A stretch of 63,885 bases of DNA, the filler included, from Bipalium vagum (taxonomy: Eukaryota): NCBI GenBank assembly GCA_037834085.1. It is 3 parts of 3 records of this genome, joined end to end, with 100 filler letters (N's around TTAATTAATTAA, not from the genome) between each part and the next. Parts side by side here need not be neighbours in the genome. Positions count along the whole stretch, not along the records: positions 47,912 to 63,885 come from JBBMKC010135330.1; 2 more parts are not named here. One strand, written 5' to 3'. Made by a program: the position numbers and the translations under genes. Positions 63,860 to 63,885 of this stretch are shown piece by piece. Under the pieces are notes generated by a model. The model worked only from the letters and a program-made list of their open reading frames with translations. It had not been told where the DNA came from and did no database searches. Position 1 is the first letter of the stretch. Each line of letters begins with the position of its first letter.

Positions 63860-63885
63860 CAAACAAATTTGTTTATTTTATTACA

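Overview
This is AT-rich animal genomic DNA using the standard genetic code and GT-AG introns. A planarian-like flatworm is my inference from composition and transposon content; it is not proven. Host genes: (1) two conserved catalytic-domain exons of a cAMP phosphodiesterase 4 (dunce/PDE4) gene on the minus strand (22523-22645, 10091-10273), whose neighbouring exons I could not find in the window; (2) a two-exon, ~2010-aa zinc-finger gene (32982-27811 joined to 27626-26766) combining four tandem hAT-transposase-type (TTF-like) zinc fingers with about 11 C2H2/C2HC fingers and no transposase catalytic domain; (3) a 75-aa secreted, prohormone-like ORF (38602-38829) with its own TATA box; (4) an MRE11 gene with an uninterrupted 649-codon CDS (41603-39654). 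The rest is largely decayed transposons: about 12 mariner remnants, DD41D/rosa-like and pogo fragments, a Merlin remnant, hAT MITEs, a plant/oomycete-type DD39D-family mariner with both TIRs (DD40D spacing), and a NeSL/Utopia-like RT fragment fused to a mariner 3' end. Two synthetic 100-nt spacers (N44-TTAATTAATTAA-N44) bracket the 25502-47811 block, so the apparent nesting of genes 2-4 inside a PDE4 intron is unverified. The best candidates for something undescribed are the TTF x4 + C2H2 chimeric factor and the small secreted peptide gene.
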